Under the pieces are notes generated by a model. That model was not told the DNA's origin and ran no database searches. It was given only the letters and a program-made list of their open reading frames with translations. DNA of 17,473 nucleotides from Prasinococcaceae sp. CCMP 1430 (lineage: Eukaryota; Plantae; Prasinodermophyta): assembly GCA_013416795.1 (NCBI GenBank), contig RQSC01000918.1:1-17473 (forward strand). The letters run 5' to 3'. This document shows positions 14,858 through 17,473 of this stretch, piece after piece. The translations under genes and the position numbers were made by a program. Every line of letters begins with the position of its first letter. The first letter of the stretch is position 1.

Positions 14858-17145
14858 TCACAGCGCGAGGGGCGCGCGGGCGACGGCGGCGATGACAGCA
14901 TCTGCCGTCATGACGGACGGCGGCGTTGGGGGGGGATCGCCCGCTGCGGCGGGCTCGACCGCCTGCAGCGCGCCCGCCAGTGCGGCGCCTGCGTCCGCGT
15001 CGAAGGCGTCGAGGAGGTGCAGCACACCTGCGTTGCGGATGACACCCCCGTCGGCGTCCACTTCGACATCGCCTCTTGATACTGCGTCTCGAAGCGCACG
15101 CGCGCAGCGCTTGCCGGTGCCGTCGGTGCCGTCGTTGGCGCTGCGTGCGGAGCCCCGCAGCGCCTCACAGAGGGACGTTAGGAAGCGCCCCTTATCAGTG
15201 GCCAGGCAGCCCTCGTCGTAGAACGCGAACGTGGCCACAAGCTTCGCGAGGGGTCAGTGGTACAGCTGCAGGTGCAAAAGAAGTTCGCGTGCGCGTGGCC
15301 ACTGCGAGGCGGTGGCATGCTCGACGCATGGGCGCGCGCGCGCGTGCGCACGCGGGCTTCAGTTGGCGCACCTTGCATACGAGGGCGCATGTCCGTCCGA
15401 GAGCTGGAGTGGCCAGCCGCCCCGCGTCCAGGGCGAGGAGAGTGCTAATGACACAGCCCGCGGCGGGCACCATCGCGTCACTGCGCGCTTGGATGTCCTC
15501 GCCGATCGCCACCATGCAGCGCAGGGCGCTGTCGAGCGCAAGGCTCCCCCACGCGAGCGACTCGAGGGACGTGCGCCAGCAGGCGGCGACGCCCGCGCAA
15601 AGCGCGCCCTGCGGCGCAGAGATCGTCAGGACGCGCGCGCATGCGCGCGCGCGTACACGGACGGGGACGCCCGCGACGGCGGCGACGTGTGCTACAGCGC
15701 GCGCGTGCATGGCGGCAACGCACCAGGCTCTCTTGAGCAGCCTTGGCATCCAACAACCTAAGCTGGTCGAGGAACTCCAGCGGCACTTCGGCAGCGATGA
15801 GCTCAGCTGCTGCGTCCATGGCGGCGGCCGCGAGCGTCGCACACGCCACTTCGAACACACCGCCGACGAAGCGCCTCCCGGAGCCACCGCCGGTGCCCGC
15901 CATAACGCCCTCCACGCGGTTCAGTGCGGCGGCGATGTCGGCGCGAAGGGCGTTGTGGCAGGCGGCAGCGGCGGCGGCGACGTCGCAGTCGCTGCGAGCG
16001 GCGTCGGAGGTGGCGCCGCCGCCGCCAGCGCCCACCATTTCGCCCGTCGCGCCATTTAGCATGGCGGCGACGGTGGCGTGCGCATCGAGCGTCACTGCGG
16101 CGCTGCGGTGGCCACGCAGCACCCCCGCTGCCCTCGTGTCTACTGCAGGCATGCCGTGCCCCTCCAGCGCGGCGATGCACATCACGCACGCCAGCACTTT
16201 GGCGGGCATGGCGACGCGCTCGGCCGCACACGCGCGTGCGCGCACGCCCGGGGAGCTCATAAGACCACCGATCACGGCCACTGCGCGCCCCAGCTCAGAG
16301 ATCGAGGCGGCGAGCACAGTCGCCTCGGTGCTCAGCGCGCGCACCCCCTCGCCGGGCGCGCCCTCGCCCCCGCCCGAGGCGCGTCGCGCAGCATCGTGCT
16401 CAGCACGCAGCGCCCGCATGCGCGGAGCTGCCGCGGCAGCGACGCCGCGCGTTCCGTCGAGCAGCGCCTCGAGCAGCGCGTCAAAATCGGGGTGCTGCAC
16501 CAGAGCGTCGCCCACCGCGGCCCACTGTGGCACGCCTGCGTCTGCCGGCGCGCACAGCGCAGCAGGGAGCGCCCAAGCGGCGTTGGCAAGCGCTGTTGCT
16601 CTGAGCGCTATGCCACCGTACGCGCGGGGCTCGTCGAGGCGCGTGCCCCATGCATCGGCGACGACAGCGGCGGGCTGGGGCGCGAGCGCAGGGCCATTGA
16701 GCGCCTCTCCCGGCGGCTCACCCGCAGCGAGAGCGACGGCGATGGCGGCATCGACCGCAGGCACCGCAGGCGGCCGCATGCCCGCGGGCGCTCCCGCGGC
16801 GGGCTCGTCGAGCGCGCACAGCGCGCGCTGCAGGTCGAGCGCCTGCGCGAGGTAGCCATGCCAGCGCCGCGCATCGCGCGCGAGACACACGCGCACGATG
16901 TGGCGCGGCAGAGCGCGCGCAAGCTGCACCAAGTCCACGACGTGCTCGTACCCCGCCGTGTGCACGCGCCCCGTGCTGTCGAGAGCGCTCCGCAGCTGCA
17001 TGGCGTCGAAGAGGTGCAGCTGGTGCACCGCCGAGTAGACGTCGAGCGATGCGGCAGCGCCGGAACCCAGCGCAGCCTCGGCCGCGCCAGGCCGCGCGGG
17101 GGTGTGACTGTCGCGGCCCTTGGTTGAGCCGCTGCCCGACCCCAT
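14858..17145 (-). CDS. Nodulin-homeobox (NDX) N-terminal-domain-like helical protein lacking a homeodomain. Exons 17145-15724, 15608-15372, 15241-14858 (680 aa)
   Basis: Three colinear blocks resemble plant NDX as recalled: DVYSAVHQLH...VDLVQLARALPRHIVRV...YLAQALDLQRALCAL; QWAAVGDALVQHPDFDALLEA; and, across a splice junction, RTCALVCK|LVATFAFYDEGCLATDKGRFLTSLCEAL. Two phase-0 GT-AG introns carry CTGAC branch points. Confidence 0.72.
15242..15371 (-). other. Intron 2 of the NDX-like gene (130 nt)
   Basis: On the minus strand: AAG|GTGCGC donor, CACTGAC branch, GCGAAG|CTT acceptor, phase 0. Splicing reconstitutes an NDX-like motif. Confidence 0.78.
15609..15723 (-). other. Intron 1 of the NDX-like gene (115 nt)
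   Basis: On the minus strand: CTG|GTGCGT donor, CCTGAC branch, CCGCAG|GGC acceptor, phase 0. Confidence 0.8.
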
Positions 17146-17244
17146 CGCGCGCGGCGCGCCGCGCGCCGCGCGCGCGCCGAAACCGCACAGCGTTTTTTCA
17201 CGCGCGGGGAGGGGCGGGGGGGGGCGGAACGCCGCCGCGCGCGT

Positions 17245-17345
17245 TGGAACCCCAGATGGAATCCAATGATCCTCCGCCGCGTGTGGAACCCACAGCGCAC
17301 GTATTGAGATACGTTTGACGTGCGTTTCGCGAGTGGATTCCGTGT
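17245..17345. promoter_or_regulatory. Relatively AT-rich island, probable promoter of the NDX-like gene
   Basis: Lies 100-200 bp upstream of ATG 17145. It contains TTTGACGTGCG at 17314 and GGATTCC, and TGACGTGCG and GGATTCC also occur in the 9660s island. Confidence 0.5.
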
Positions 17346-17473
17346 CGGTCGGAGCGCGGGAGCGGCGCGACTCTCCCCCGGGGCGGGGGGGGTTGCGGGC
17401 GCGTTTCGAGGGGCGGCGGTTTCGCGGTTCGGAGTTTCGGCGCGCGCGGCCGCGCCGCCCGAGGCCCGCGCCG

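Noticed and set aside
15478-15723. C-terminus of the 555-aa ORF (VRCRHARARCSTRRRRR...)
   Set aside because: This is read-through into an intron with clear donor, branch and acceptor signals. The spliced frame gives a more protein-like, NDX-like sequence.
2201-15723. Introner-type repeated introns
   Set aside because: The predicted introns share only splice signals and CG-richness. I could see no mutual sequence similarity or terminal inverted repeats.
17200-17400. G-runs that could form G-quadruplexes (also C-runs at 300-382, 2968-3001 and 9450-9470)
   Set aside because: They are expected at this GC content, and their strand orientation relative to the genes is inconsistent.

Overview
This is compact, very GC/CpG-rich eukaryotic DNA with short GT-AG introns (53-188 nt) and recurring CTGAC branch points. 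Gene content and style suggest a prasinophyte-grade green alga (inference). Six protein genes are separated by small AT-rich intergenic islands: (1) a DUF3754/TMEM143-family membrane protein with a repeat-built N-terminus and a hidden 1-nt frameshift; (2) a class II CPD photolyase; (3) a ~1550-aa secreted receptor-L-domain-like repeat protein with a Pro/Ser/Thr stalk and a perfect 322-bp internal duplication; (4) an OSCA/CSC1/TMEM63-family channel with large insertions in its cytosolic loop; (5) a 4-exon VMA12/TMEM199 V-ATPase assembly factor; and (6) a 3-exon protein resembling the N-terminal part of plant Nodulin homeobox (NDX) but without a homeodomain. I saw no rRNA, tRNA, CRISPR or transposase signatures. 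The best leads are the homeodomain-less NDX-like gene, a possible spliced antisense overlap between gene 3 and the photolyase, the mosaic duplication in gene 3, and a motif cassette shared by the promoter islands. All family calls come from recalled motifs, not database searches.
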